64,000 bases of DNA from the IMG/VR virus record IMGVR_UViG_3300029288_000091; one strand, given 5' to 3'. Both the position numbers and the translations under genes were made by a program. The notes below the pieces were generated by a model. The model did no database searches and was not told the origin of the DNA. It saw only the letters and a program-made list of their open reading frames with translations. This DNA comes from an uncultured virus (IMG/VR IMGVR_UViG_3300029288_000091) (Duplodnaviria > Heunggongvirae > Uroviricota > Caudoviricetes). Positions 31,605 to 40,610 of the stretch are shown here, in pieces; within the stretch, counting starts at the first letter, position 1; every line of letters starts with the position of its first letter.

Positions 31605-31811
31605 TCAATAGGTTTTCTTCTCATCTTTTCCCTTATTTAATTTTATAAATTCTGGAAATTTCTTTTCCTCAAATTCATCAATCATTTTCGTTAGTTTTAT
31701 AAGTCTTTGTCCATCAGGCGAATCAATGGATGCGCCCCACAATAAAGAAATTTCTATAAGCGCTTCTTTATAATTATTCATACTTTTGATTTTTCTTTGT
31801 CTCTTTGTCAT
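31605..31811 (-). CDS. HigA antitoxin N-terminal-like small protein
   Basis: YKEAL.EI..LW.A...SP.G.RL..L...I..FE resembles the HigA N-terminus; no HTH. Confidence 0.45.
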   Translation of the reverse strand: MTKRQRKIKSMNNYKEALIEISLLWGASIDSPDGQRLIKLTKMIDEFEEKKFPEFIKLNKGKDEKKTY

Positions 31812-32066
31812 CAAACCTCCGTCCATAAGTTGGGCTTATAAGTATTTATGTTTAAGCTGCCCATATACGCAGATTGGATCATATAATTTGTCTTTATCTT
31901 TTTTTATATCGTCACCACATCTCATTCCATAAGTGTATAGCATAAATACCCTCTTTTATCTTATATTTTGGATTTACCATACTAAAAAATTCTCAACCGA
32001 GATAAGTAAATGTATCAATTGGTTTTAAATACTGAGTTAAATTAAACCTTTCAACACACTCTTTAA

Positions 32067-32540
32067 CTAGCATGGGCCAATTTCCTTATGTTTTAAATTA
32101 TTAAAATCTTTTTCCATACAACGATCAATAGCATATTTCATGGCATCGCTATTAATTGATGCTTTTATTATGTCGGAACCTATTTCTCCATTATGACTAT
32201 TATGAAAGACATATGGATCTTGAAAATCAAAATGTTTTAAACAAATCACATCTAAATCAACCAAATATCCACCACATTTATAAAGCATAGTATAACGAAA
32301 CAGATTTGAAAAAGAAGATACACTCCCGTTAGAAGGACCTGCTGCAGGACCATAATAAAATATAGAATTTTCTGGAAGAATTTCGTTTGCGTCTTTTATA
32401 ATAGTTCCGGCGGGAGTCTCTAAATCTTTATATAGATATAGATTGAATTCATGGCCATTTTTAAGAAAAGAGTTTATAGATAGTCTTTCTATAGTGGAAA
32501 GATTATCACCTATCCAAAGACCTTGAATAATATCACTCAT
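32067..32540 (-). CDS. DxD glycosyltransferase (GT32-like), probably truncated
   Basis: LWIG..LS..ERLSINSF, FSNLFRY..LY..GG..VDLD. Confidence 0.75.
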   Translation of the reverse strand: MSDIIQGLWIGDNLSTIERLSINSFLKNGHEFNLYLYKDLETPAGTIIKDANEILPENSIFYYGPAAGPSNGSVSSFSNLFRYTMLYKCGGYLVDLDVICLKHFDFQDPYVFHNSHNGEIGSDIIKASINSDAMKYAIDRCMEKDFNNLKHKEIGPC

Positions 32541-32733
32541 ATGTTTCTTTATCTCTTTCTATTGTTTCTCTTTTAATCCACTCACGATTTTCTTTATCAA
32601 GACATTTATCACAAACATACCACCATTGTCTTGGGTCTTCTCCTTTAAAATTTACAGCATCAAGATATGATAAATTATATAAACTATAACCACATTTACT
32701 ACAAGCCTTGCAAGCTTTCATTATAAACTCCAT
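32533..32733 (-). CDS. small Cys-rich hypothetical protein
   Basis: CSKC..CDKC. Confidence 0.45.
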   Translation of the reverse strand: MEFIMKACKACSKCGYSLYNLSYLDAVNFKGEDPRQWWYVCDKCLDKENREWIKRETIERDKETYE

Positions 32734-32745
32734 CTTTGTAATAAG

Positions 32746-32821
32746 TGCCTCCGGTAGGATTCGGACCTACAACTCGAACTGGGTAAGGGCCAGGTATGAT
32801 TGCCTATTTCACCACAGGAGC
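32746..32821 (-). tRNA. tRNA-Lys(CTT), degenerate
   Basis: Cloverleaf with anticodon loop CCCTTAC, T loop TCCGAAT and stem mismatches. Confidence 0.6.
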
Positions 32822-33502
32822 GTTATTAAATTTTATTTGGTTTTTAATATGTTTTCTAATAGCATTATCACTTACACCTAATTTTTTGCCAACTGCTAAA
32901 TATGAACTCTCATTTATCATTTTAGTAAGTTCTTCTAATGTTGGCCATATAATTTTACTCTTTTTATTAATTCTAGAAACTGCTTCACATTTTTTACATT
33001 TTTTGGCAGCATGGGTTATTATACAACCACAGTCTTTACATCTTCTCTTTTTTGGTTTATTCTTAGCAACACAATAAGTATCGGTTAGAGAATGACAATT
33101 TGGACAAAGAAATCTTAAATTATCTAATTTATTATTTTTGTTGTTGCCATCTATATGGTCTAAATGTAGTGTTAAAATAGTTCCGTTCCATTCTAGAATT
33201 CCACATATGGCACATTTATATTCAATAAGATTTTCTTTTATTATTCTTTTTCTTAAAGTATGTCTGTATAAATATTTATTACTACATATAAGTAATTCAG
33301 CTATGGGCGTTTTATGTGTGCATTTCCCAATTTTTCTTTTCCAATGTGAAATGTCTAATTTAAAAATAATAATATATTTTTTAACTGTTTCTCTATTAGC
33401 AGATCCTGGATGAAGTTGTAGTTTCTCTAAAACCTCGTTTATTGAAAAACAAGATTTAACCGCTTCAACAAATTCATCTCGCGACCAACTTCTTTTTGAC
33501 AT
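32804..33502 (-). CDS. HNH homing endonuclease
   Basis: CAICG..LHLDHIDG...NN...NLRFLCPNCH; 3' end overlaps the tRNA. Confidence 0.9.
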   Translation of the reverse strand: MSKRSWSRDEFVEAVKSCFSINEVLEKLQLHPGSANRETVKKYIIIFKLDISHWKRKIGKCTHKTPIAELLICSNKYLYRHTLRKRIIKENLIEYKCAICGILEWNGTILTLHLDHIDGNNKNNKLDNLRFLCPNCHSLTDTYCVAKNKPKKRRCKDCGCIITHAAKKCKKCEAVSRINKKSKIIWPTLEELTKMINESSYLAVGKKLGVSDNAIRKHIKNQIKFNNAPVVK

Positions 33503-33554
33503 ACCTGAGCCTCCAAATTAGATTTCCTAATAGGTATGTCAAAATATTCATAGA

Positions 33555-33698
33555 TTATTTTGTTCGTCTATATATGGCATAAATATTTCCATCATTACCA
33601 GCGCGAACAGAAAATAATTCCCAACCAACGTTTTCAAGTTCTTGGATACGTTTATTGTTTTGTTTATTAACATATATCTTAGTGTATTCCCATTTCAT
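33555..33698 (-). CDS. small protein (MKWEY..GWELF, DUF4177-like)
   Basis: 47-aa ORF with GAGGT RBS, below the track cutoff. Confidence 0.45.
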   Translation of the reverse strand: MKWEYTKIYVNKQNNKRIQELENVGWELFSVRAGNDGNIYAIYRRTK

Positions 33699-33790
33699 AG
33701 TTCACCTCTGGTAAGTGTTATTTTGTAGCATAATGGTACCAATCTATCAATAGTCGCACATAACTACATATTTTAAATAGGAGCGAATAT

Positions 33791-34294
33791 ATGCCACAGT
33801 GTAAAAAATGTAATAAAAGTTTCCCCAATCGAATTATCATAGATGGAAAAGAACGAAATTTAAGCAAAAGAAAATTTTGTCTCGGTTGTTCTCCATTTAA
33901 TAAACACAATACTAAATCTTTAGAAAATTCTATGTATAAAAATGGTAATGTGTGTATATGTGCCTCTTGTAATAAAGAATTCGAATACCAAAGAGCTTCA
34001 AACATGTCACATTATTTATGTAGTACTTGTAATTCAACAAAAAATCGTTACAGAAGAAAAATAAAATGCATTGAATATAAAGGAGGAAAATGTATAATTT
34101 GTGGCTACTCAAAATCTATATTTGCTCTTGGATTTCATCATATAAACCCATTAGAGAAAAATTTCCAGATCTCTGGGCATCACGACATGGCTTGGAACAA
34201 ATTAAAACTTGAGCTTGATAAATGTGTTCTATTGTGTTTAAATTGCCATGCAGAAATTCATGCCAACAATACAGACATCTACAAATTTTTATAA
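33791..34294 (+). CDS. HNH-like endonuclease
   Basis: YKGGKCIICGY..ALGFHH..K..ELDKCVLLCLNCHAE.H. Confidence 0.85.
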   Translation: MPQCKKCNKSFPNRIIIDGKERNLSKRKFCLGCSPFNKHNTKSLENSMYKNGNVCICASCNKEFEYQRASNMSHYLCSTCNSTKNRYRRKIKCIEYKGGKCIICGYSKSIFALGFHHINPLEKNFQISGHHDMAWNKLKLELDKCVLLCLNCHAEIHANNTDIYKFL

Positions 34295-34339
34295 AATTTA
34301 TTATTGTCCTTGAAACTTTATCTATTTTTACTACAACAA

Positions 34340-34645
34340 TTATATATATATCCTATAACAATCAAATTTACCCTTATCAAGCATGTTAGTTTCCCTTCCA
34401 TAACAAATTGCTTCAATTTCATCAATTGCTGATATAAATGGCTCATAAAAACTTTCCCAAGCGGTAATAGGAAAATATTCATTCTTATAGAATTCTCTTA
34501 CTTCTTCTATAACTTTTTTGATTTTTAAAATTCTATCTATTTCTGAATTATTACAATAACAATTATATACATGCCCCGCCCAACCACAATTTGGCCCGCC
34601 TTTACATATGGTCATTTTTTGTCTCTCAATCTTAAAATCTGCCAA
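34340..34645 (-). CDS. hypothetical protein
   Basis: ORF in run. Confidence 0.5.
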   Translation of the reverse strand: MADFKIERQKMTICKGGPNCGWAGHVYNCYCNNSEIDRILKIKKVIEEVREFYKNEYFPITAWESFYEPFISAIDEIEAICYGRETNMLDKGKFDCYRIYI

Positions 34646-34827
34646 GTCATTTTTTTATTAGTAAATTCTATTAAACAATCTATACAACAAAAATAAAGTT
34701 TTATTAAATCTTCATGACGTTGTTCACATTTGTCACAATAATTAATAATGCCAATGGAAACATTTGCTTGTATATTTTCTGTAGTCATCTCCTTGCCACA
34801 CATATTACAACAAATTGATTGTAACAT
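34612..34827 (-). CDS. small Cys-rich hypothetical protein
   Basis: CNMCG..CDKC..FCC..C; RBS. Confidence 0.55.
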   Translation of the reverse strand: MLQSICCNMCGKEMTTENIQANVSIGIINYCDKCEQRHEDLIKLYFCCIDCLIEFTNKKMTWQILRLRDKK

Positions 34828-34839
34828 TAAACTATCTCC

Positions 34840-35223
34840 TCACTTAAAAACGCCTTTTATTGATGACCACGCTCTAGCAAAAGCGTTTCTTTTTGGTAAT
34901 TCGTCGGTATATACACCTATACAGTAGCCGCTAACATTTTCTTTATTCTTTGCAATTATTATTTTAACACTATCTACTTTTGATGTATCTATGCAGGCAC
35001 TTTTAAGCGTTGTACCAACTGTTCTTGATAATTCTTGTGCTAATTTTGGACTACATTCAAGGAGACCTTCATTATCAGAAAGTTTAAATGTAAACCTATC
35101 AATCTCTTTTTTAGCCCAAATCTTCTTTATTGGTATACACCAATCATTTCTATAATCAAGTGTAAACTCTGCAAATTCCCTAACCGGCATCCTCGCAACC
35201 ATTTGCTTATCAATGTTTGCCAT
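34840..35223 (-). CDS. hypothetical protein
   Basis: Start MANIDK; ORF in run. Confidence 0.6.
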   Translation of the reverse strand: MANIDKQMVARMPVREFAEFTLDYRNDWCIPIKKIWAKKEIDRFTFKLSDNEGLLECSPKLAQELSRTVGTTLKSACIDTSKVDSVKIIIAKNKENVSGYCIGVYTDELPKRNAFARAWSSIKGVFK

Positions 35224-35431
35224 TTTTCTTACGCCTTTCCTCATTAGCTTCGTATATGTCTTTTGCCCATTCGCGAAGCGAGGGACCTTTTTTCCATTGC
35301 CCAGGAAAACCAACGCGAATATAGCCACATTGAGTACAAGCATCAGCTAAGCTATCCATCATGTGAAACCACTCGATATTTCCACAATCTGGGCAAGGAT
35401 AATCTCTATCTGTACTTTGGTGATCTGACAT
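35210..35431 (-). CDS. small zinc-ribbon protein
   Basis: CPDCG..CTQCG; GGAG RBS. Confidence 0.6.
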   Translation of the reverse strand: MSDHQSTDRDYPCPDCGNIEWFHMMDSLADACTQCGYIRVGFPGQWKKGPSLREWAKDIYEANEERRKKNGKH

Positions 35432-35446
35432 TTTTTCTCCATACAT

Positions 35447-35479
35447 AAAAAAACCGCCTGGTTTTTTAGGACCAGGCGG
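35447..35479 (-). terminator. intrinsic terminator / attenuator hairpin
   Basis: CCGCCTGGT-loop-ACCAGGCGG followed by U7. Confidence 0.85.
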
Positions 35480-35506
35480 CATCAAGTCATCAAAAACTAT
35501 TATATA

Positions 35507-35650
35507 TTATCCGCCTGGTGGTCTAGTTTCGCGATTATCTTTACCCAATACTGCTGGGAGTTCAATGGCGGAAACTATACGCACACATCCCCAGCTAGCT
35601 AGATGCTTATAACTAAAAGGCTGTGATGTTTGACGTATAAATGATAACAT
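35507..35650 (-). CDS. putative 47-aa leader peptide
   Basis: GGAG RBS + ATG; the final codons (PPGG) carry an anti-terminator strand. Confidence 0.5.
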   Translation of the reverse strand: MLSFIRQTSQPFSYKHLASWGCVRIVSAIELPAVLGKDNRETRPPGG

Positions 35651-35691
35651 AATATCTCCAATCGAGTATATTAATTCTTTATTATTGATAG

Positions 35692-35726
35692 AAAATACTT
35701 GGAGGTTTGTGGCCTCCAAGTATTTT
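35692..35726. terminator. terminator after the Ro60 gene
   Basis: AAAATACTTGGAGG / CCTCCAAGTATTTT inverted repeat. Confidence 0.8.
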
Positions 35727-35728
35727 TT

Positions 35729-37444
35729 TTAATAATTGGTTCTAACATACTCCAATGATGGCAAAATTCTTCCATCTTCAGAGTCCGCACCTTCGAATGT
35801 TAATATCTGATTGAAAATCTTTTCAGAAAATCCAGCCACAACATTAACGTTTCCAGATGCTACTTGTTTAGTACCATAGCCCTTAAGATCATAAAAATGG
35901 GCATAAACGTTAGGATTCACGGTTCTTTGATATAACTTAAACTTCTCTGCTACGCTGGCACCGTATCCCATAGAATCATAGCATTGCATGTCAGAAAGAA
36001 CAACAATTCTATCTACTTTGATTTTCTTTGCAAGCAAATAATCAAAAATTTTCCATGCATCCGTCGAGTGTCCACGAAAATTGTCTTCATAGGTTGCAAT
36101 TTTCTGCATGTTAGTAAGTACAGAGTTTCTAGTAGTAAGCGGCGGCCATACCACATTCGTTCCAAAAGCGCCAACCAAAGATTCTTTTGAGCGCTTATGT
36201 AGAATTGCACACAATACGTTTGCAGCATCCTTGATAGTCATAACCGAATCCTTGGATATTGGCGTGCTCATACTTCCAGAATTATCCGCAACAATACAAG
36301 TAACACCAGGAAGCATCGGTATGTTATCAATAGAATAATCAAGGGCAGTCTCAATAGCATCAAGCATGATCTGCATTTTCTGCTTGTCCCAAGAAGCCCT
36401 ATCACGTTCTACGCCAGCTCGCTTCATTATTCCAGAATACCAATTCTGTTCCTCTGGATAAAGAGTTCTATAAGCAGCCAAAAATCTAAATGGAAGTTGC
36501 TTAGATTTTTGAACATTCTCTCTATTGGATAATTGTTGAGCAACATATTTACACATTTCAATAGAAATATTTGCACCTAGGAAATTTCCAATATTACGTA
36601 AAAGTGCCATGTATCCCATATTCGGTATTACGGCTTCCCAAACCTCTTTCTTATTCCCAAACTGAGATAATAGAACTTCCCAAGTAACTCCCGCTTTTTT
36701 TGCTAATACGGGAATATCATTACTCCAAACCTTACGAGAAGTAAGTTCCTTACGTGCGGCAAACATAGGAGTAGCTTGAGGATCAATTACTTCTCCCTTA
36801 AGAATAAATTCGCGCACTGGCTTAGAGAATGGGTATCCTTCTTTACGTTCACAAAATCCCAAAAGATCCTTAAAAGACGGATGACCATCTGTATTATACT
36901 TCATAATCTCATATTCAGACATAGTAGATAAACGATCAGATACACCCTTCTTTAGACAAGCTGGAAAACCCTTCCAACCAAATAAATGTTCATAAGCACC
37001 AACAACTTGTTTTACTTCATCTGCGCGAGACGAAATAAGAGGCACGTATTTGCGCACAAACTGCTTAGTGTTCTCGTGCTTTGCCGCAACAGCTAGCATA
37101 ATTTGCGGAGTGGTTCTCATATTGAGTTCTTTACGAGCCCAATGCGCAAGAGCAAGTAAATCTCGCGGGCTATCACTTTCAGCTATTTCAAAACAAGCAT
37201 TTATAATCTTAACAGCTTGCTCATCAAGATTATCTGTATTGAACTCTTTATTTTTAAGATCTTCAAGCTTTTCTGTATCTTGGTAATATTTTGGCTCCAC
37301 AAACATGGCCGAACCAATAGTTCCAAGTAAATACTCTGCCGGGCTGGAAAAGTCATAGGCGAGCCCATTAGCTTTATTCTTAGTTGCTGCCTTGTTAACT
37401 TCTTGCTTTACGGTTTTCTTCTGATTTGTATTTAGTTTTGACAT
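35729..37444 (-). CDS. Ro60/Rsr (TROVE + vWA) RNA-binding protein
   Basis: N.A.G.AY, RADE, TWE..LS, MGYMALLRN, SKQLPFRF, MIDAS DNSGSM, LSDMQ, GFSEKIF. Confidence 0.93.
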   Translation of the reverse strand: MSKLNTNQKKTVKQEVNKAATKNKANGLAYDFSSPAEYLLGTIGSAMFVEPKYYQDTEKLEDLKNKEFNTDNLDEQAVKIINACFEIAESDSPRDLLALAHWARKELNMRTTPQIMLAVAAKHENTKQFVRKYVPLISSRADEVKQVVGAYEHLFGWKGFPACLKKGVSDRLSTMSEYEIMKYNTDGHPSFKDLLGFCERKEGYPFSKPVREFILKGEVIDPQATPMFAARKELTSRKVWSNDIPVLAKKAGVTWEVLLSQFGNKKEVWEAVIPNMGYMALLRNIGNFLGANISIEMCKYVAQQLSNRENVQKSKQLPFRFLAAYRTLYPEEQNWYSGIMKRAGVERDRASWDKQKMQIMLDAIETALDYSIDNIPMLPGVTCIVADNSGSMSTPISKDSVMTIKDAANVLCAILHKRSKESLVGAFGTNVVWPPLTTRNSVLTNMQKIATYEDNFRGHSTDAWKIFDYLLAKKIKVDRIVVLSDMQCYDSMGYGASVAEKFKLYQRTVNPNVYAHFYDLKGYGTKQVASGNVNVVAGFSEKIFNQILTFEGADSEDGRILPSLEYVRTNY

Positions 37445-37902
37445 CTTATCCTCCTCCGACCTCCGGTTTTAATACCGGGGAAATGTTTTGAGATAAATTT
37501 CTGATCGTTATCAATGTCACGTTGCTGGATCCAAAATGAACTAGCAAATGTTTTAGTCGACAAATGTGTTCTTACTTTTTGATAAAACTCTGGTAGTTCT
37601 TTAGTTGCGCGTTTATATTTTCTAATGTGTACCTTTGGATAACCACCAAACTGCGTTGCTGTTATATCTATAATATAACCGTCGTATTCATTGTAGGCGT
37701 GTCCAATGCCTTCGCTGATTTTAATATTAATCCCTACTCTTTTACATGCGAGATGTAACTGAATTGCTGCTCGTCCACAATATCCGCCCAAGCGACAACC
37801 AGCCCAACCTTCATTCTCTTCGATTTTTTCAAACACATTGCGAACTTTTTTCGCTATTTTTTTAATCTTTTCAAGCTTTTTGTCTCGAACCGACTTTTTC
37901 AT
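37432..37902 (-). CDS. hypothetical protein
   Basis: G.C..A..H....IIDITATQF transglutaminase-like pattern. Confidence 0.6.
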   Translation of the reverse strand: MKKSVRDKKLEKIKKIAKKVRNVFEKIEENEGWAGCRLGGYCGRAAIQLHLACKRVGINIKISEGIGHAYNEYDGYIIDITATQFGGYPKVHIRKYKRATKELPEFYQKVRTHLSTKTFASSFWIQQRDIDNDQKFISKHFPGIKTGGRRRIRCQN

Positions 37903-38462
37903 TTTCGTTTCCAATAAGGTTGAAATTGCGTCCCATCGTCCCATCCATAACCATCGCACATTGCTTGTAAACGAGCATATGAACGCGAGCCGGGACCTGT
38001 CGCATATGGTTCATCGTACACAGTAAGTCGGTTATCATTTATAAAAGAATGTTCAATTTTATCTACTTCCATATCAAAATTCTGCTCTATTTTTTCTATT
38101 TGATAATTGGGCAGATCATTAAGATCTCCTGGCAATTTTCCACGTTCGATCATTTCTTCAAAATGAATGGCAGCAAAGATATTCCAAGCTGCTTGGGCTA
38201 GGTGATCTTCATCTCTCAAGCCTTCAATATATTGAAAAATATGACGAATGGCACTATCAAGAGCGCGAGATATTGGAAAGCCCTTTTCCCAATTCCTATC
38301 CCCATGGTTAGCTGCACCTCTTTCATATACACCAGCAAGACGCTTTAAAGCCATAGGAGAAATTAAAACATATTTTCCTTTGCTAATAGAATTGTCGCGC
38401 GTTGCCCCACTACTATATTCTTGTTTTGTTCCAGAAAACTTTGTTTCGTATTTCTTACTCAT
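37899..38462 (-). CDS. dATP/dGTP diphosphohydrolase-like (DUF5664)
   Basis: SGATRD..KG..LI..AL.RLA..YERGA....RNWEKG..DSA.RH..EDHLAQAAWN. Confidence 0.82.
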   Translation of the reverse strand: MSKKYETKFSGTKQEYSSGATRDNSISKGKYVLISPMALKRLAGVYERGAANHGDRNWEKGFPISRALDSAIRHIFQYIEGLRDEDHLAQAAWNIFAAIHFEEMIERGKLPGDLNDLPNYQIEKIEQNFDMEVDKIEHSFINDNRLTVYDEPYATGPGSRSYARLQAMCDGYGWDDGTQFQPYWKRK

Positions 38463-38487
38463 TTACTCTCCATAGTACATAATATGT

Positions 38488-38682
38488 CTACTTTATAAGT
38501 CCATACCATTGACACCAATAATTAATTCTTTCTTGGTCCCAACTCCACAATATTTTACTAATTTCATATGTTAATTCGTCTTTTGTCACGCCTGGCTTTT
38601 GATATTTTAATGTCTCTATAATTCCACCAATAATGCCCTCATCGAGAGCATTAAGAACCGCCGCAGCTTGTTGATTAATCAT
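38488..38682 (-). CDS. hypothetical protein
   Basis: Short ORF in run. Confidence 0.5.
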   Translation of the reverse strand: MINQQAAAVLNALDEGIIGGIIETLKYQKPGVTKDELTYEISKILWSWDQERINYWCQWYGLIK

Positions 38683-38896
38683 CCAAATCTCCCCACTTTC
38701 TAGCGTACTCCATAATTCTATCATGAACATCACCTAAAGTTTCAAGCCAATCAACCATTAAATCGCCTGCTGAATTCCCCCACTTATCAAATTCTTCAGT
38801 ATCTTCTCCAAGCTCTTCTTTATCGTACATCCACTTACTAACCGCATCACTTGCTTTTGATACGGCCTCTAGTGCTTCTTTGGCTTTATTTGACAT
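38675..38896 (-). CDS. hypothetical protein
   Basis: Short ORF in run. Confidence 0.55.
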   Translation of the reverse strand: MSNKAKEALEAVSKASDAVSKWMYDKEELGEDTEEFDKWGNSAGDLMVDWLETLGDVHDRIMEYARKWGDLDD

Positions 38897-39599
38897 GTTT
38901 TTCTTTCCAATCTTCTTTAAGAACACTAAAATCATGGAACTCTTCTTTTATTTTCTTAACAAATATTGTTTTATATTCCTGAAGTATTTTAGCGTTACTG
39001 GGCATTCGTTTAAGATAAGGCTCCAATTCTGGAAAACAAACAGCCATATCTTCTTTGCTATATAATTCAATTCCTTGTAATAAACCCAAACATTGACCAA
39101 TTTGGAAAGCCACATGTTTGTAGAACTCAATCAAATCTTGATTGTTTTTACCTAAGTCCACAACTTTTTCAAAATCAATTTGTTCTAATACTTGGATTCT
39201 CTTTTCTGTATTACTTCTCAAAGCTTCTTTTACAACCGTTCTATATTCAGATCGTGATAAAAATGATAAAATAATACGAATAGCTCTAGCAACTTTCAAT
39301 GCCACATCGCGCGGCAGAATTTTGATTGTTTGTAGTGGACAAAATTGTTCATGTAAATGATAGGTGGCTAGTATAGAATTATTACATTCATCCGGCGTAC
39401 CTTTAAATACTTCTACAATTGTTCCATCTTTTATTACTGCTAAATTTATATTAAGTTTCTTATTATGTAATATTGGTAGTAAAGACTTTTCAAAGTCTAG
39501 ACATAGACTTTTACATTCTTGAATAGAAGGAATAGTATCTAAAAAAACCATAATATCGTAGTCTATGCTACTTTGTGAACCAAAAATATTGAAAATCAT
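38886..39599 (-). CDS. putative Pol-beta-like nucleotidyltransferase
   Basis: N-terminal FGS...IDYDI (GS/DxD) motif. Confidence 0.5.
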   Translation of the reverse strand: MIFNIFGSQSSIDYDIMVFLDTIPSIQECKSLCLDFEKSLLPILHNKKLNINLAVIKDGTIVEVFKGTPDECNNSILATYHLHEQFCPLQTIKILPRDVALKVARAIRIILSFLSRSEYRTVVKEALRSNTEKRIQVLEQIDFEKVVDLGKNNQDLIEFYKHVAFQIGQCLGLLQGIELYSKEDMAVCFPELEPYLKRMPSNAKILQEYKTIFVKKIKEEFHDFSVLKEDWKEKHVK

Positions 39600-39610
39600 T
39601 TCTTTTCGCT

Positions 39611-40066
39611 TTACTTACTACATTTTAAACATGTATTAGTTAATTCACAATAATAAATATTTCCGCATTTCTGGCATTTAAATGGCCCGCCAGGAAGTTC
39701 AAAACCTTTTCTATGGTCAATGGAGATAGTAAATACAGGAATATCTTCAACACAGCCATCTCTATCTGTTGGCATCCAATGTTTTGATTCTTCTGTCATA
39801 ACTTTTAAAGTTAAAAAGGTGGGATGCGTAGTTATCCAATTTTCCAAATCAGGGTCATAACTTTCAACTTCAACCTCTCCATCAGGGAAATTAGGTGCTA
39901 ACGAAAGGTAATTATAAGCACGTTCTAAAAATCCACCGCAATAAGTTGCGACACCACATTGGCGCCGCACATCATACCATTCATCTTTTCGAGCAAACAC
40001 ATTTTTAATTTCATCTGATAAAAACAGTTTGTCGCCAGACTGTGGATTGAAACTGCCATTTTTCAT
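39611..40066 (-). CDS. hypothetical protein
   Basis: ORF with AGGAG RBS. Confidence 0.65.
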   Translation of the reverse strand: MKNGSFNPQSGDKLFLSDEIKNVFARKDEWYDVRRQCGVATYCGGFLERAYNYLSLAPNFPDGEVEVESYDPDLENWITTHPTFLTLKVMTEESKHWMPTDRDGCVEDIPVFTISIDHRKGFELPGGPFKCQKCGNIYYCELTNTCLKCSK

Positions 40067-40094
40067 ACTATTTCTCCTTAAGTTTTATAGAAAA

Positions 40095-40167
40095 TTCCCC
40101 CAGTTGGAATCGAACCAACATCAGACGGGTCAGAGCCGCCCGTTTTAAACCGTTAAACTATAGGGGA
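40095..40167 (-). tRNA. tRNA-Gln(CTG)
   Basis: Cloverleaf, loop CTCTGAC, TTCGATT. Confidence 0.9.
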
Positions 40168-40185
40168 ATAAAGTAAGGAAGGATT

Positions 40186-40298
40186 GCGGGGAAAAGCGCA
40201 AAGAGTACGATTTATGAATATCCGTCCCTATCGACTAAAGTGGCTCTCGAATTCCACGGATGCCCTGGTAAATGAAGTAACTCCTTACTGGACCTCGC
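40186..40298 (-). ncRNA. YrlA-like Y RNA with permuted tRNA-like module
   Basis: 5'/3' closing stems GCGAGG/CCCCGC and GTAAGGAGT/ACTCTTTGC; internal TTCGAGA T-like hairpin followed by a GG D-like hairpin; lies between tRNAs near Ro60. Confidence 0.65.
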
Positions 40299-40302
40299 AA
40301 AG

Positions 40303-40375
40303 TTGGGGAAGTAGGATTTGAACCCACATTGCCAGATTCAAAGTCTGGAAGACTAAGCCATTGTCGTATTCCCCA
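40303..40375 (-). tRNA. tRNA-Gln(TTG)
   Basis: Cloverleaf, CCAGA-CTTTGAA-TCTGG. Confidence 0.9.
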
Positions 40376-40379
40376 AGAA

Positions 40380-40453
40380 AGCGCCTAGAGGGATTCGAAC
40401 CCTCTCGAATAGAGTGGAAGTCTATCATGCTAACCGTTAAACATCATAGGCGC
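40380..40453 (-). tRNA. tRNA-Gly(TCC)
   Basis: GCGCCTA/TAGGCGC, loop CTTCCAC, TTCGAAT, U73. Confidence 0.92.
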
Positions 40454-40456
40454 ATA

Positions 40457-40531
40457 AACCAGGAATAAATCGACCAGGGAGCTTGATACAATTAAAAGTT
40501 GTGAAGTATCCCTGAAATCTGGACCTTGGTT
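40457..40531 (-). ncRNA. minimal Y-RNA-like element
   Basis: Shares AGGTCCAG..TACTTCA with 40186-40298; closing stems AACCAAGG/CCTGGTT and CAGGGA/TCCCTG. Confidence 0.6.
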
Positions 40532-40533
40532 AT

Positions 40534-40607
40534 TGGTTGCTCAGCACGGAGTCAAACCGTGAACTTCCGGACTTGGGCCGGAAATGATTACGTTTCACTA
40601 CTGAGCG
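40534..40607 (-). tRNA. atypical tRNA, anticodon CAA, initiator-like acceptor stem
   Basis: CGCTCAG/CTGAGCA-A-CCA, TCCGG-CCCAAGT-CCGGA, short variable loop. Confidence 0.7.
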
Positions 40608-40610
40608 GTG

